This document shows, one piece after another, positions 22,245 to 34,461 of a stretch of DNA of 34,543 nucleotides. Location of the stretch: NCBI RefSeq assembly GCF_001194135.2, contig NC_068991.1:2508277-2542819 (forward strand), in the 5' to 3' direction. Every line of letters starts with the position of its first letter. Position 1 is the first letter of the stretch. The position numbers were made by a program, and so were the translations under genes. Under the pieces are notes generated by a model. That model worked only from the letters and a program-made list of their open reading frames with translations. It did no database searches and had not been told where the DNA came from. Source of the stretch: Octopus bimaculoides. Lineage: Eukaryota.

Positions 22245-22605
22245 GACCACCACCAGAACCACCACCATCACCACCACCACCACCATCACCACCACCATTA
22301 TCATCACCACCACCACCATCACCACCACTATTATCATCACCACCACCACCACCACCACCATTATCATCACCACCACCAGCAGCATCACAAACACCACTGC
22401 CATTAATCATCACTATCCACACAACCGTCATCATCATCATCATCATCATCATCAAGATCGCATTCATCGCCGCTGTCGTCGTCGTTGTCATTATCTTCAA
22501 CACAACCACCACCAGAACCACCACCACCACCACCACCACCACCACCACCACCGCCGCCACCGTCACCACCACTGCCAGCCTCGCTACCATCGCACAAATA
22601 ACAAA
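22245..22605. repeat. (CAC/CAT)n trinucleotide tract
   Basis: Direct reading; explains the poly-T/H/G/V ORFs. Confidence 0.95.
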
Positions 22606-22639
22606 TGAATTCATTAGCAACTGTTTAAAAAACAGTCAT

Positions 22640-22812
22640 AAACTCATCCCTAAATGTAACTCTAACCTCAGCCCTAATCCCCCCCCCTAGCCCTGTGTCC
22701 CTAAACGATACCACCACGGTTAGCTTAACCTTTACTCTAAACCTGAACCCTCCAGTAACATGAATGTGGCCCATAAATACCCTGTCAGGGCAATTTGTTT
22801 CAGATATCAAAT
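22640..22812. repeat. Degenerate (CCCTAA)n telomere-like tract, probably inside a non-autonomous DNA-element remnant
   Basis: CCCTAAATGTAACTCTAACCTCAGCCCTAATCC..CCCTAAAC..CTTAACCTTTACTCTAAACCTGAACCCT, ending near GGGCAATTTGTTTCAGATATC. Confidence 0.55.
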
Positions 22813-22936
22813 AGCGGGTGGACGTGCGCGGTGGGGCGTTATGCGTTTCGGTGTCAATGTGTATGAGCGCTGTGTGTATGTGTAGACGTGAATCTGTGGC
22901 CATATGTGTGTGTGTATGTATTATACATATGCACAC

Positions 22937-22974
<38 letters not shown>

Positions 22975-23524
22975 AGACTGTCTGTCTATCAGTCTGTCTG
23001 TCTATTTATCTGTATGTATGTATGTATGTGTGTATGTATCTATTTCTGCATGTATATATGTATGTGTGTGCACGCGCGTGTGCGTCTATATATGGATCCG
23101 TGTGTGTGTGTGTGCGTGCGTGCGCGTGTCTTTCTACAAAAGAAAAACTTGACGAAATTAGGTCAAATTCTTGGAGGAAACATTTAGGGGCCAGTTTTGA
23201 CCAGTGCCGTGTCAAGTTCTATACTGGTAAACTGTTATTAGGGGATCGGGGTTTATGCAGGAGTGAAATCCGAACTTCGCCTGACTTACTTTCCTGAAGA
23301 CAACTTGTTAAATATGGCGTCGCTTCTCTCTGACATTTCTTTGAGGGTGATGAAAAATGGAAGTGGTAGGAGATAGCACACACATACACACTTGCGCGCA
23401 CACATGCACACACACTCACATAAATATATGCGTATATATGTTTTTATTTATGTATGTATACTCACACACACGCGCACACATAAATATATCTATATAGTTA
23501 GATAGATAAATAGAGAGACCGAGA

Positions 23525-23572
<48 letters not shown>

Positions 23573-23702
23573 TGGAAATACATACATATATATATATATA
23601 TGTGTATGTTTGTATGTGAACACATCTATCAATATAATGCGAGTGTACATGAGTGTGTATAAGTGTGTGGAGAGAGAGTAGAAAAAGAAAAAAGAGAGAA
23701 AA

Positions 23703-23744
<42 letters not shown>

Positions 23745-24130
23745 GAGAGAGGGAGACAGAGAACAAAAATAATTAGACGAAGAGCTAATTATCTTGTGTA
23801 TCCTTTTTAATTCAACCGACTGAAATATTTCTGATGCCTAATTTTTGGTAATTTCGTATATTTTCGTAGTTTTTCGTTTAATTTTGCATGCGTGTTGCCA
23901 TCTTGTCCCATTCCTCTTTTGTTGTCCCATATCAACCATACAATTCCCTGATAACATTCGTTATTAGTCGACTGCTTCTCTGAGGTGAGCGATCCTGTTT
24001 GCTAAAGAGCCGAAATTATTTTGTTTGTAATTAACAGCTGATGAAAAGGAGGCTTACTACCATAACTGTACTTTTCTTTCGCCTCTTTCGTTTAGTTTGC
24101 ATATACTTATATTTCTTCTCTGTCTCTCTC

Positions 24131-24191
<61 letters not shown>

Positions 24192-24289
24192 CGTTGTGAC
24201 ATCTGTTAAATGTACAGATTTCACAGACAAAATGTAGAAACCTCTCAATATTCCACAGTTGACATTTCACTTTATCAAGGTGTTGACGT

Positions 24290-24458
24290 GAAAGAATCGT
24301 TAGCAGGTATATGTTCTGAGTTCAAATTCAGCCGAGGTCGACTTTGCTATTCAGCTATTTCGGGGTCGTTAAAATAAGTACCAGTTGAATGCTGGGGCAG
24401 ATGCAATCGACTTACCACCTCCTACGAAATTGATGGTCTTCAGTCATTATTTGAAATC
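24290..24458 (+). mobile_element. SINE family A, internally deleted head
   Basis: AGAATCGTTAGC..GTTCTGAGTTCAAATTCAGCCGAGGTCGACTTTGC..AATAAGTACCAGTTG. Confidence 0.85.
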
Positions 24459-24679
24459 GATGTTTCACTATGCCCACATGTCCACAATCCGCAATAAGGC
24501 AATATTTTAAATTGCCATATTTCGCGAACAGTATTTAACAATATGTCTACAATCTACAGTTAGATAATACTTCCATACATCTACATTTCACAGTCAATTA
24601 ATACTTATAATTTTACCAACATTCCATTGGTAATATTTCCCAGAATGTCCACATTCCACCGCCAGCTCAGATTTCAGTT

Positions 24680-25170
24680 TGCTGGAATGCAACGTTTCAT
24701 CACGGGTTTTCTTGATCAGGGCCAATCTAAAGTTAAACAACAACAAAAAAACAACAACAACGAAGATGACAACAAAACAACAACAACATTCTTCGTGCCA
24801 CCACCACCACCACCACCACCACCATAACTAGTGCAACTGCAAATATTTGTGCTGCTGTCGTTGCTATTAGCAGTTTCATCACTAACCGCCACGGCTGCAC
24901 CACAGCCGCTGCTCCACCACCGTCGCCACTCCTGTAACCACTGTCACAAATATTTCACATCAAACCACCTCCACACGTCAGCACCACAATCACGAGCCTC
25001 TGTGGGATGCACCTATGTGGTCAACTGATCTGCTCAAAATAGCAGACTTGTTTTTCTCATATCACATTCAAATGTTCTTAAGAAAAAAAACTCATTGCAT
25101 TATACAGTCAAGAAAAGACAGGAAGATCACAGTTTTGCGCATAGGGCTGACCTGGGGTTAAACAAAATAA
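24680..25170 (+). mobile_element. Family D, two copies (24680-24790 tail; 25018-25170)
   Basis: GCTGGAATG..TTGATCAGGGCCAATCTAAAGTTAAACAACAAC; CTGATCTGCTCAAAATAGCAG..AGGGCTGACCTGGGGTTAAACAA. Confidence 0.7.
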
Positions 25171-25199
25171 ACGCAATAACTATACCCGTATCACCACAC

Positions 25200-25249
<50 letters not shown>

Positions 25250-25652
25250 TACATATGAATATTTGATTTTCTCGTCAAGAGAATCGTATGATCATCAGTA
25301 AACCGGTGCTTGTTGAATTAATTCCCTTGCGGTATTAGTTCCACACTCAGTTACAGATCCTAACTTTTAACTCTCGCCATCATGAACGCATTGAAACAGA
25401 GGTTGTCCCATGGGAGCCACTAACGCTACTGTTCGCATTTTTTCGATACAAATCACAAATAAATGAATACATGGAATTCTAATGTCTTGGACTGTTGACA
25501 TCTTCGCATTGGGTGTGGTGATGGAAATGCCTGGGTAACTAGGTTCGGGTCGTGCTAACATCAGCCATGTATTACGAACGTATAGAGTTTCGCAATACCG
25601 TCTGTGGAATGGCGCGAAAGCAGTAGTGTGAGGGAGAGAGTGTGTGTGTGTG

Positions 25653-25697
<45 letters not shown>

Positions 25698-25840
25698 GCG
25701 TGAGCGTGGGCGATGAGGAGGTTTGTTGTAAACCGAACGAAAATTCAGCAAAACATTCTCTCTCTGATGTAAAACATAAATACTAAACGAAATTTAATAT
25801 GTAAACAAAAGTATTGGCTTCTAACGTAAAACAGTAGACT

Positions 25841-25879
<39 letters not shown>

Positions 25880-25964
25880 TTGGTAGGTAGGATCGTTCCC
25901 AAGTACCGGTATTTGTTTTGTTTCTTCAAAACAGTGGGAAGGGATTTAAAGGAATTTAACCGTT

Positions 25965-26935
25965 GTTTCTAGCGGACCAAGCAACTACGAACACACTGAA
26001 GAAGAAGGTGTCTGCCCTTAATCCTTTCAGTCTCGTCCACCACAATATGACCTCTTTCGCCAAAGCCACCAGACAGATGAACCCCATCTGCTGGTACGGT
26101 CCCCACCATGGAGTTGGCCGATAGTCGCACTTCTCCTACACTCAACAACAGTTGTTCTACATTAGGTGACAATTCTCGGACACTGCACGAATGCTTGCTG
26201 TACGGTTTCGTCGCCCTTACACGCGTCTCGGACAGTCCGTCTGGTAGCCCTGTCAGGCCATTGATTTCTGGATGTTATCCTTGGTAGCTCTCGACACGAA
26301 GGTCCTCCGAAACAGACTGGTTAGTTCGTCCTCGTCGATACCAAGTGTTTCCCCAAGACTATTATCACTCTTACCCACCACTACATCTCTATATATTCCT
26401 AGCATAAAACTTATACTGATTGCATAGCCTGACTGGTAAAAAGCGGTGAGCGCCCGACGGTATTTCAGGTTCCAGGCGCCAGGTGCCCAACCTTCAGTTC
26501 CGTCAGAGAGATGAGATGTGGAGAAACATGCTTTACAAATGGTGTCCACACTGCCTCGGAAAACTTGCAGGTGAGGCAACCTCATGGCGCGTTTATGCAT
26601 CAGTAGCCACGGCACACCAGGCTCGCCTTCCAGAAGAAGCTAGCAGCAAATCGATCATCTAACTCATGGAATGCATCCATTCCACCGGAAGCTGTGAAGA
26701 AGGCATTTCTGTCTGGCCAGACGCAAACTGGGGCAAAGCTCAACGGTCAGGTATGCTGTTACCTGCTCGACCTTTTAGGAATAACTTTCTCTCAGCTTCT
26801 TTCTGAATGAGGTCGGCCAGCCTGCTCGTCATCTAGTCCCAGTTCCTCGACTCTTCTGCTGAAAGCCTGGCATACCGTCAAGGTCGGCACCAAAATCCAT
26901 AATCGTCTCTGGCCTGTCGCTTACTCGGAACAGCT
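25965..26935 (-). pseudogene. Decayed L1/Tx1-clade LINE ORF2 3' region (RT thumb to zf-RVT)
   Basis: Minus-strand frame-shifted segments: RNWD*MTSRLADLIQKEAERKLFLKGRA; FRWNGCIP*VR*SICC; MPWLLMHKRAMRLPHL; LGIDEDELTSLFRRTF..DNIQKSMAWQ; DCPR..DETVQQAFVQCPRI (decayed CCHC); AKEVILWWTRLKGLR. Multiple stops and frameshifts. Confidence 0.85.
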
Positions 26936-27100
26936 GAGCAATGATGCATACATTTGCTTGGAAGCGAGTTATTACGCGCCCATCCTGGTTCGTCAAACAC
27001 CGAATTGAGGCGTCGCGCCTCCGCCAAACTGTCTGTCAAATAGCTTTTATTCCTTCTTGCTTTAGACTAGAAGCCCTAATTGTCAACAACAACAACAACA

Positions 27101-27134
<34 letters not shown>

Positions 27135-27698
27135 ATGGTGCAATAACCATAAAAGAACGGAGAAAATTCTCACATTACATTTGCAATAGAATATGCGCGT
27201 GTGTGTGATTTAGTGTATGTATATATGCGTGGTGTGTGAATGTGTGTGTGTGTACGTGTGTGTGTGAGTGAGAGTGTGTGTGTGTGTGTGAGTGAGTGAG
27301 AGTGTGTGTGTGTGAGTGAGTGAGAGTGTGTGTGTGTGTGTGTGTGTCAGCATACAGGGTCCCCAGGAGGAATTTTGTAAGGCAGAACGAAATGTGGTGT
27401 CGGAACCCTCCAGAACGGGTTCTCTCAAAACTCCAAGGTGCTTGCGTTTACTCTTTACTAATTTATTGTATACTTTATCATTTTATGTTCCCGTATTGGA
27501 CAGATTCAGCCCTCAGGTAATCCTGGCTCCAACCTTGATTCTGTGGATCCTAGGCCGATGCACCGGCTGACCCATTCCGACGTACAGGTTCTGTCAGCAT
27601 GTATGTTCAAAAAGCATTCTTAACCATACACGGTTTTTAAAAGATAATTTGGGTGTGTCTGCGTGTGTGTTTGTGCGCTTGCCTCTGTGTGAATGTGT

Positions 27699-27729
<31 letters not shown>

Positions 27730-27928
27730 CGAAACTTGAAGTAATCAAGACAGATTGGTGTGTTCAGTCACGTGTGTGAAGAAAGTACTTGTGCCATGAA
27801 TAGAGTACACCTGCAAGAAGTCAGGCCAGGCCAATTATTACGTCTATTCCTCACTGCTTCGCCTCTGGAACTGTTTCGCAAGTTGAAGAATTTGCGTAAA
27901 TTTTTCACTATCTCTACTCATTTCGTTC

Positions 27929-27975
<47 letters not shown>

Positions 27976-28049
27976 CGTCTTTCCGCCTGTCTGTCTCTCT
28001 CCCTCCCCTCTCTCTGTGCCTCACATTAATTGGTCTTCCAAATCATGCT

Positions 28050-28160
28050 AAGGGTGAACGTGTCTGTGGAATCCTGAGTCATTTATACACTAATTTAATG
28101 AGCGGGTAAACCAGTTGATCGAACGATTGAATCCTCATCGCTGAAACCGACGGAGACCCA
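28050..28160 (+). mobile_element. Family E repeat, 3' part
   Basis: Homologous to 21914-22026. Confidence 0.65.
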
Positions 28161-28282
28161 TATATGTATGTATGTATCTATGTATGTATGTGTATCCATC
28201 CATACATGCATACATACATACATACATGCATACATACATGCATGCATACGTTCATACACACATACACACACACACTTATACA

Positions 28283-28540
28283 TTTGGCTCTGTGTTAAGA
28301 AATCTGCTTCGTAATCACATGGCTCTGGGTTCAGTCCCACTGCGTGGCTCCTTGGTCAAGTATCTTCTACGATTGGCCCGAGCCGACCAAGGTCTTGTGA
28401 ATGGATTTGGCAGAGACAGTTAGAATGAACACCAAACGTTGAAAATATAAGCACCGGGGTAGATTCGATCGAATAAAGTTCTTCGTGGTGGGGCCCCAGC
28501 ATGGCCGCAGTCCAATCACTCGAAAAAGTAAAAGAAAAGA
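28283..28540 (+). mobile_element. SINE family B variant
   Basis: GGCTCTGTGTTAAGAAATCTGCTTCGTAATCACATGGCTCTGGGTTCAGTCCCACTGCGTGG..CCAGCATGGCCGCAGTC..AAGTAAAAG. Confidence 0.85.
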
Positions 28541-28547
28541 TATATAG

Positions 28548-28585
<38 letters not shown>

Positions 28586-28789
28586 GCACACACACACACA
28601 TACATATTCATGTATGGCACGTGTAAATCTGTGAGTGTGTGTGTGTCTATGTATGTATGTGTGAGGCCGTTTATGTTCGTGTGTGAGTATTATGTGGATG
28701 GTAATGTGTGCAGAAATAACAAGAAAGCATCGAGCCAAGCTGAGACGCTGCCAGACAATTAATTCCACATCTCCCTGGACGAACCAGTA

Positions 28790-29235
28790 TGAGAGCTGGA
28801 AATAGCAGCTAAACCTCTCTAAATTACATACTACCAATATTAGAAAAAAGGTCTTAGTGCCTATAAAGATTGAGCTGGGGGGAGTTCAGTCGGTACATCG
28901 GACCCCTTGAGTCCGACAGGACCGTAAATATTTGACTGGTTCACCCCATCCACTAACCTACGTACATACATACATACATATCAGAAAGCTTCACGGCTTC
29001 TTTGAGTTTTGAGTGGTCCCGAAGGTATTCTTTCCTGAAAAGACCCCGAAATTAGTCTTGTTCCACTTTGCAGAAAGTCTCTCCTGAGGGCCCCGGGTGT
29101 TCAAGATACACCGTATCTGAATAAAGCTCGAGATGGTCACGACCGACTGAATTCTGTCTTTGAACCTAGCTCTGGTTTTTCTGTGGCTGACCTTGGTCTA
29201 AAAAGCAGCAATAACTACAACAGTAACAACGGTAG

Positions 29236-29277
<42 letters not shown>

Positions 29278-29660
29278 TCGGCTTGTTAAAGCTCCCTCAA
29301 ATCCATGCCTCACACTTTATAAAGGGAGGACTCACTGGAATACTACGCTATGTCTGAATAAAATACGTGATGGTCGCGGATGGGATATCATTGATCACAG
29401 GGTTAAACAAGAACAGCAACGATGACACTAAAATGTTTACCATAAATTAAAGACGGAACCTGATCTGCTAAAAGTATCAGTCAAATCTCTCCGATCACCC
29501 AGACTAACCTCTTGAAAAAGAACGAACTTATAGGACAGTATAGTTTTAGATACATGGTGTCTAAAGAGAAAAGGCAAGATGGTCATGGGTGGAGAGTCTT
29601 TATTGATAGATATGCTCCTTCAGTGCTGACCCAAGACGAAACAACATCGGCGGCGACGAG
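28790..29660 (+). mobile_element. Cluster of about four family D fragments with CAA/(TAC)n tails
   Basis: GAAATAGCAGCTAAA (28800), GATGGTCACG..GGCTGACCTTGG (29130), CTCCCTCAAATC..GGGTTAAACAAGAAC (29290-29420), CTGATCTGCTAAAAG..GATGGTCATGG (29460-29590). Confidence 0.65.
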
Positions 29661-29746
29661 GACTACTTTGATAACAAACACAGTTATTACATCATCACAA
29701 TGTTTACGATCAGAGAGGTATCACAGAGGCTGAGACTTTCCGGATC

Positions 29747-29855
29747 CCTACGTTCTGAGTTCGATTCCCGCCGAGGTCAGCTTTGCTTATCGACCTCCAA
29801 GGTTTGAACAACAATAAAATACCAGTCAAAAGACTAAGATTGATTTAACCGACTG
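29747..29855 (+). mobile_element. SINE family A fragment
   Basis: TACGTTCTGAGTTCGATTCCCGCCGAGGTCAGCTTTGC. Confidence 0.75.
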
Positions 29856-30109
29856 GTTCTTCTAAATTTAAGGTCTTTTACGGTTATTATTGTAATCACA
29901 TCGCCAAAACGTGTGAGAAGTCGGGGGTGTGACAGAAAATTGCTATCCCCTTCACATACATGCGCTCCTACACTAATTTAAACATCAAGGAACTGGGGGT
30001 AGGGATGGAAGTGAGCGGGTGGGTGAGTGTGTGTGTGTGTGGGGGGGTCTCCACATCTGGCTGGTTGTTAAGTAGGGCGGGCCGTGTTTATTTTGATAAA
30101 TAGCTGCAG

Positions 30110-30520
30110 GGGTGGTGATGAGCAGTAGAGTACGAATAGCTTGGTCTGCAGCTGCAGTAAGTAGTAGTAGTAGTAATGTAGTAATAGTAATAGTATTAGT
30201 AGTGGTAGTAGTTGTAGTAGTAGTTGTNNNNNNNNNNAATAGTATTAGTAGTGGTAGTAGTTGTAGTAGTAGTTGTAGAAGTAGTAGTTTGTTGTAGTAT
30301 AGTAGTTGTAGTAGTGGTGGTGGTGGTGGTAGAAGTAATTTAAGTGATGGTGGTAGCAGTAGCAGCAGTAGTTAATAGTAGTGGTGCTGATGGTGGTAGT
30401 GGTTGTGTAATATGTGAAGAACTGGTTAAATATTCCAGAAGTGCTAAATTTGTTAATGTTGTTTGGGCGGCGAAAGCGACGGTAGCGCTAGTGGTGGTGG
30501 TGGTGGTGACAAGGCTAAAG
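30110..30520. repeat. (TAG/GTG)n trinucleotide tract
   Basis: Direct reading; the only large triplet tract in the opposite polarity to the CAC/TAC tracts. Confidence 0.9.
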
Positions 30521-30764
30521 TATTAATGGGCTTTTGAAATTAGCATTGGTAAAGTGGTATATTAATGGTAGAATATGGTAGAATATAGAAGTGGATCGAA
30601 GTGGCAGAATGGTTAATATTTTTTCGTAACAACTGTCAAAGCAATGCCTACACACAATCCAGAAGGCATCTCAACAATAAGCATTCATGAATATCAATTA
30701 ACTTTTTACACATTGTCATTTTACTCAACATCTATATGCTGTGACCCTCGATCTCGTAAATAGT

Positions 30765-31350
30765 TAATCTGACTATCCAGTCAACGCTTACATGACTACA
30801 CATCTCCCCTCTGCGTTTGGGCGCTCGCGTGCGTGCGTGTGTTTATTGACCCGATGTCAACGCAATATGCCTGTCGACCTTGTCAACACACATTGTGTCT
30901 GTGTACTCACTCAGTGTCTACACACTGTGTTAATCAGTCCAATCAATGTCAGCACAATCTCTGTCATTCTCAGGAACACCAACACACTGTCTGTCAACCC
31001 AGTAACCATGTACTCATCGTGACTCTTTAGTCAACGCTATGCCAATAGAATCATCATCTAAATAATACTATGACTAGAATCAACACCAACTCACTGTCTG
31101 ACAATCCAGTCAAGATCTACACACTATGTCAGTCAAACGAGTCAACATGAATACGTTGTCTGTCAGTCCAATTGACACCTACACATTGTCAATCTAGTCA
31201 ACATCAAGACTCTGTCAATCTAGTCAGCATATATGTACACACTCTCTGTCAATTCAGACAACATCAATACACTATCAGTCAATCCAGTCAACGTCTACAC
31301 ACTAACTGTCATTCTAGTCAATATCAGTACACTGTATCTTAACATCTATA
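30765..31350. repeat. Old degenerate minisatellite, about 28-32 bp unit (CTGTCAATCCAGTCAACATCTACACACT)
   Basis: The recurring motif GTCAAT/CCAGTCAAC..TACACACT appears over about 580 bp. Confidence 0.8.
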
Positions 31351-31384
31351 CTGTTTCTGCTCCCTTCCCGAATTATCTCATTCC

Positions 31385-31640
31385 AAACGTGGTTTCTTAG
31401 TGATATCCCTAGCAAGGGGTCTTTCCATGGTCCTTTGCATCACAGCCAAGCGAATGTTCTATCCTCTTCGTAATAGTTCACGTCTCACTTGGGTACAAGA
31501 GTGCATCTAGGACGGTGCTATTGAAGAGTCTGGCACGTATAACATTGTCTAGATTGGTTTGGATCACATCCGTTATTGAATTAAAAGCCTTCCATCCTGC
31601 CCTTATTCTCTTTGAGATTTCAGCAATGCAATAGAATCTT
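31385..31640 (-). pseudogene. Decayed RTE-clade LINE RT (thumb region) fragment
   Basis: Minus-strand translation AEISKRIRAGWKAFNSITDVIQTNLDNVIRARLFNSTVLDALLYPSET*TITKR matches the RTE motif EI.RRI..GW..F...LF...VLP.LLYG.ETW. Confidence 0.9.
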
Positions 31641-32034
31641 TTTACTCGGATAGTATTTCGTCTGACGTCAAACTGGTTAGTTTGATGGTTTGATCAGGTG
31701 GTTTGTAGGAAACTTGGCACCACCACCACCACCACCACTACTACTATTCTCTCCACCACTACTGCCACCACCACCACCACTACTGCCACCACCACCANNN
31801 NNNNNNNNNNNNNNNNNNNNNNNNNNNNNNNNNNNNNNNNNNNNNNNNNNNNNNNNNNNNNNNNNNNNNNNNNNNNNNNNNNNNNNNNNNNNNNNNNNNN
31901 NNNNNNNNNNNNNNNNNNNNNNNGGTTTGATCAGGTGGTTTGTAGGAAACTTGGCACCACCACCACCACCACCACCACCACCATCATCATCATCACCGCA
32001 GTCACGGGTTCCCTACATTTAGGAAAAAGGACGT

Positions 32035-32365
32035 AATGATCATGGCTAGAACGCCTCTAATCATTGGTTTATTGAGTCAGGGCTGACTTTGGGGGTAAAC
32101 AATGACATCACCACTTCACCCAAGAAGGGAACCACCACGTGGTCAGTCGATCTACTGAAATATAGAAATAATAGTCCAAATCTCCTTCAAGTTGCATCCT
32201 ACCGTCTCAGAGAAAGGAGAACATTTTGAATAATGTAGACCTTCATACACTGTGCCCTATAGAAAAGATGTGCCCTATAAATGTCCTTAGTCCTATCTGG
32301 GGTACCATGGCTGACTTTAGGGGCTAAACAACAATTACTACTACTACTACTACTACTTACAACCT
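32035..32365 (+). mobile_element. Family D, two copies with (TAC)n tail
   Basis: CAGGGCTGACTTTGGGGGTAAAC (32090); CACGTGGTCAGTCGATCTAC..CCAAATCTCCTTCAAG..GGCTGACTTTAGGGGCTAAACAAC. Confidence 0.75.
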
Positions 32366-32826
32366 ACTACTTACAACCTACCATGAGAAACTTACATAGT
32401 TACTACGCCATTGTTCTGTTTATATCTAGGAACTGCCTCACCCTCCACGCCGTTTTCCACCCACTATTGTCTCAGTGCCAATTTGTCGGTCTGTTTCCAT
32501 CTCTATTTATCTGTCTGTCTGTCTATCTATTTATATGTCTGTTTGTCTGTCTACCCATCTCTCTGTCTCTCCGTCTACTTTCTCCATCTGTCTACCTTCC
32601 TATTTACCATATTTTGCTCAACCATATGTCTGTCTTGCCTCTCTATCCATATCAGCACTTTCGGTTTCACACAAACATAGAAATAAATATGTCTGACTGT
32701 CTGTCTGCAACCAAACTGCTTTCAAAGGTGTCAGCCGATTCCAGCCGTAGCTCGGCCGCATGGTCTCTCATCGGTCTTGGAGAACGTACGGAAATCCTTG
32801 ACGCAGGCCATTCCTACCGATTAAGC

Positions 32827-33362
32827 CAGTAGTCCCCAAAAGTGGGCGGTATTGCCCCTTTGGGGGCTTGGGAAAGTTTCAAGGATGCAGGGGACGCGAT
32901 CGTACCCTTTAAAATTTTTAGGGGGCAATGAAAACGTTTTGAACATCCTCCCGAAAAACTTCCTTCAACGCCAAAACGAACGAACGTAGAAACATTTTCG
33001 GACTGATTTGAAACATTACTTTTTCCATTATTGGGTTTATCTGATTTGGTTGATGTACAAATAATAATAATAATAATATCTTTTTATTTTTTGATATTAT
33101 GATAAAAAAATAAAATTGACTTAATTTGTAAAAAATTTGGACCTGGGTTTGCACCCGTTAATCAAATTTCCTTCCCGCATTTATATGAAAGACCGCAATG
33201 AAAACTAGAAAAATATATATACACAATACGCAGCTTTTGGTTTTTTTTTTTTTCTTTAAAAAAAAAACCTTCCCTCAGAAAAGGGAACATTAAAAGAGTA
33301 ATAAAAAGGAAAGGGGACGTAAGAAGATGAGGAATAGTATTGAGGAATTTATGGGAACACGG
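32827..33362. mobile_element. hAT (Charlie-like) non-autonomous element; left end clearer than right
   Basis: The left end CAGTAGTCCCCAAAAGTGGGCGGTATTGCCCCTTTGGGGG resembles Charlie-type CAGTGGTTCCCAAA termini. A possible right end is TTTATGGGAACACGG near 33348-33362. No matching 8-bp TSD seen. Confidence 0.5.
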
Positions 33363-33989
33363 AATTTTTGAAGGATCTAGTGTCCTGACAGTTAAGAATA
33401 TACACAGAGTTTATTCTATACTTCGACAATTCTGGGAGCAAAAAAACAACAACAAAATGTTTCCGATAGTTATGTGTACTTCGCTGTTTTTAGATTTTAT
33501 GAGGGACATTTGGTTGCTATAACTAGCATGATAAGAAACTACATAGAGTTAGCTGATATCAGCAATGAAAAGAATAGGTAAAGAAAGACATAAAAAAAAG
33601 AGACTATAAAAAAAAACAACGAGAAATATCGCGGTTTTTTGTCCAGTCGGCTTCTTTCCATTGACACAGTTTACCAATGTCTGCCTTTAGCGCTGCCAGT
33701 TTATTAATGAAAGAGGCGAGCGAGTTGTAGTTTATTAGTTTCTAGTGAGAACAGATGTCCAATTAATCTTACTCTCCCACAGCGTTTAAAAGGCACCAGT
33801 TAAACCACCCACCATCTGTTATGAATGGATCCTTATTTTTGGAGGAGTGTTGTGAGGAAATCGGCGCGCGCGCGCGTATGTGTGTGTGTACGGATGTTTA
33901 TGTGTGTGCATGTGTGTTGTGAGAGTCTAAAGGTTGAGTACTTATACATTTATCCGCCATATTGCTTTTCCTACGTCTACCCATCTCTC

Positions 33990-34036
33990 TCTCTTTCTAT
34001 CTATTTGTCTGTCTGTCTGTCTGTCTGCTTATCTAC

Positions 34037-34087
<51 letters not shown>

Positions 34088-34150
34088 CCTGTCTGTCTGT
34101 GTGTCAGTCTGTCTGTCGGTCTGTTTATCCGTCTATCTGTCTGTCGGTCT
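33990..34150. repeat. (TCTG)n/(TCTA)n microsatellite
   Basis: Direct reading; similar tracts at 22940-23040, 27930-27990 and 32500-32600. Confidence 0.95.
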
Positions 34151-34159
34151 GCGTAGCGT

Positions 34160-34420
34160 GGATGTATGGTAAAAAAATTGCTTTTCAGCCACATTGTTCG
34201 GGGTTCAATCCCAATGCCTTCGGTAAATATCTTCTACTATGGTCTCAGACCAACCAAAGTCTTGTGAGTGGATTTGGCAGACGGAAACTGAAAGAAGCCT
34301 GTCGCGCACGCACACACACACGCACACATATATATTTGTATTAAATGTTTTTAATATTTTTTGTCTATCGAGTTGCCTTACTTATTTTTCTACTTGCCTA
34401 ACTTGTTTATACATCTATAT

Positions 34421-34461
<41 letters not shown>

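Noticed and set aside
25610-25619. Perfect E2F-type site TGGCGCGAAA, and a YY1-like AAGATGGCGG at 17543-17552
   Set aside because: Single short motifs with no associated TSS or exon evidence.
26253-26615. 120-aa ORF as a host gene
   Set aside because: It is part of the frameshifted Tx1/L1 ORF2 remnant.
29056-29130. Terminal exon candidate (TTTGCAG|KVSPEGPGCSRYTVSE* with AATAAA)
   Set aside because: The stop and AATAAA belong to the family D motif TCTGAATAAA, also seen at about 29353; no independent support.
30190-30276. Identical 38-bp stretch either side of a 10-N gap
   Set aside because: Typical assembly overlap artefact in a simple repeat.
31687-31985. 50-bp sequence GGTTTGATCAGGTGGTTTGTAGGAAACTTGGCACCACC.. 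repeated on both sides of a gap
   Set aside because: Most simply an unmerged contig overlap; the second copy starts exactly at the gap edge.
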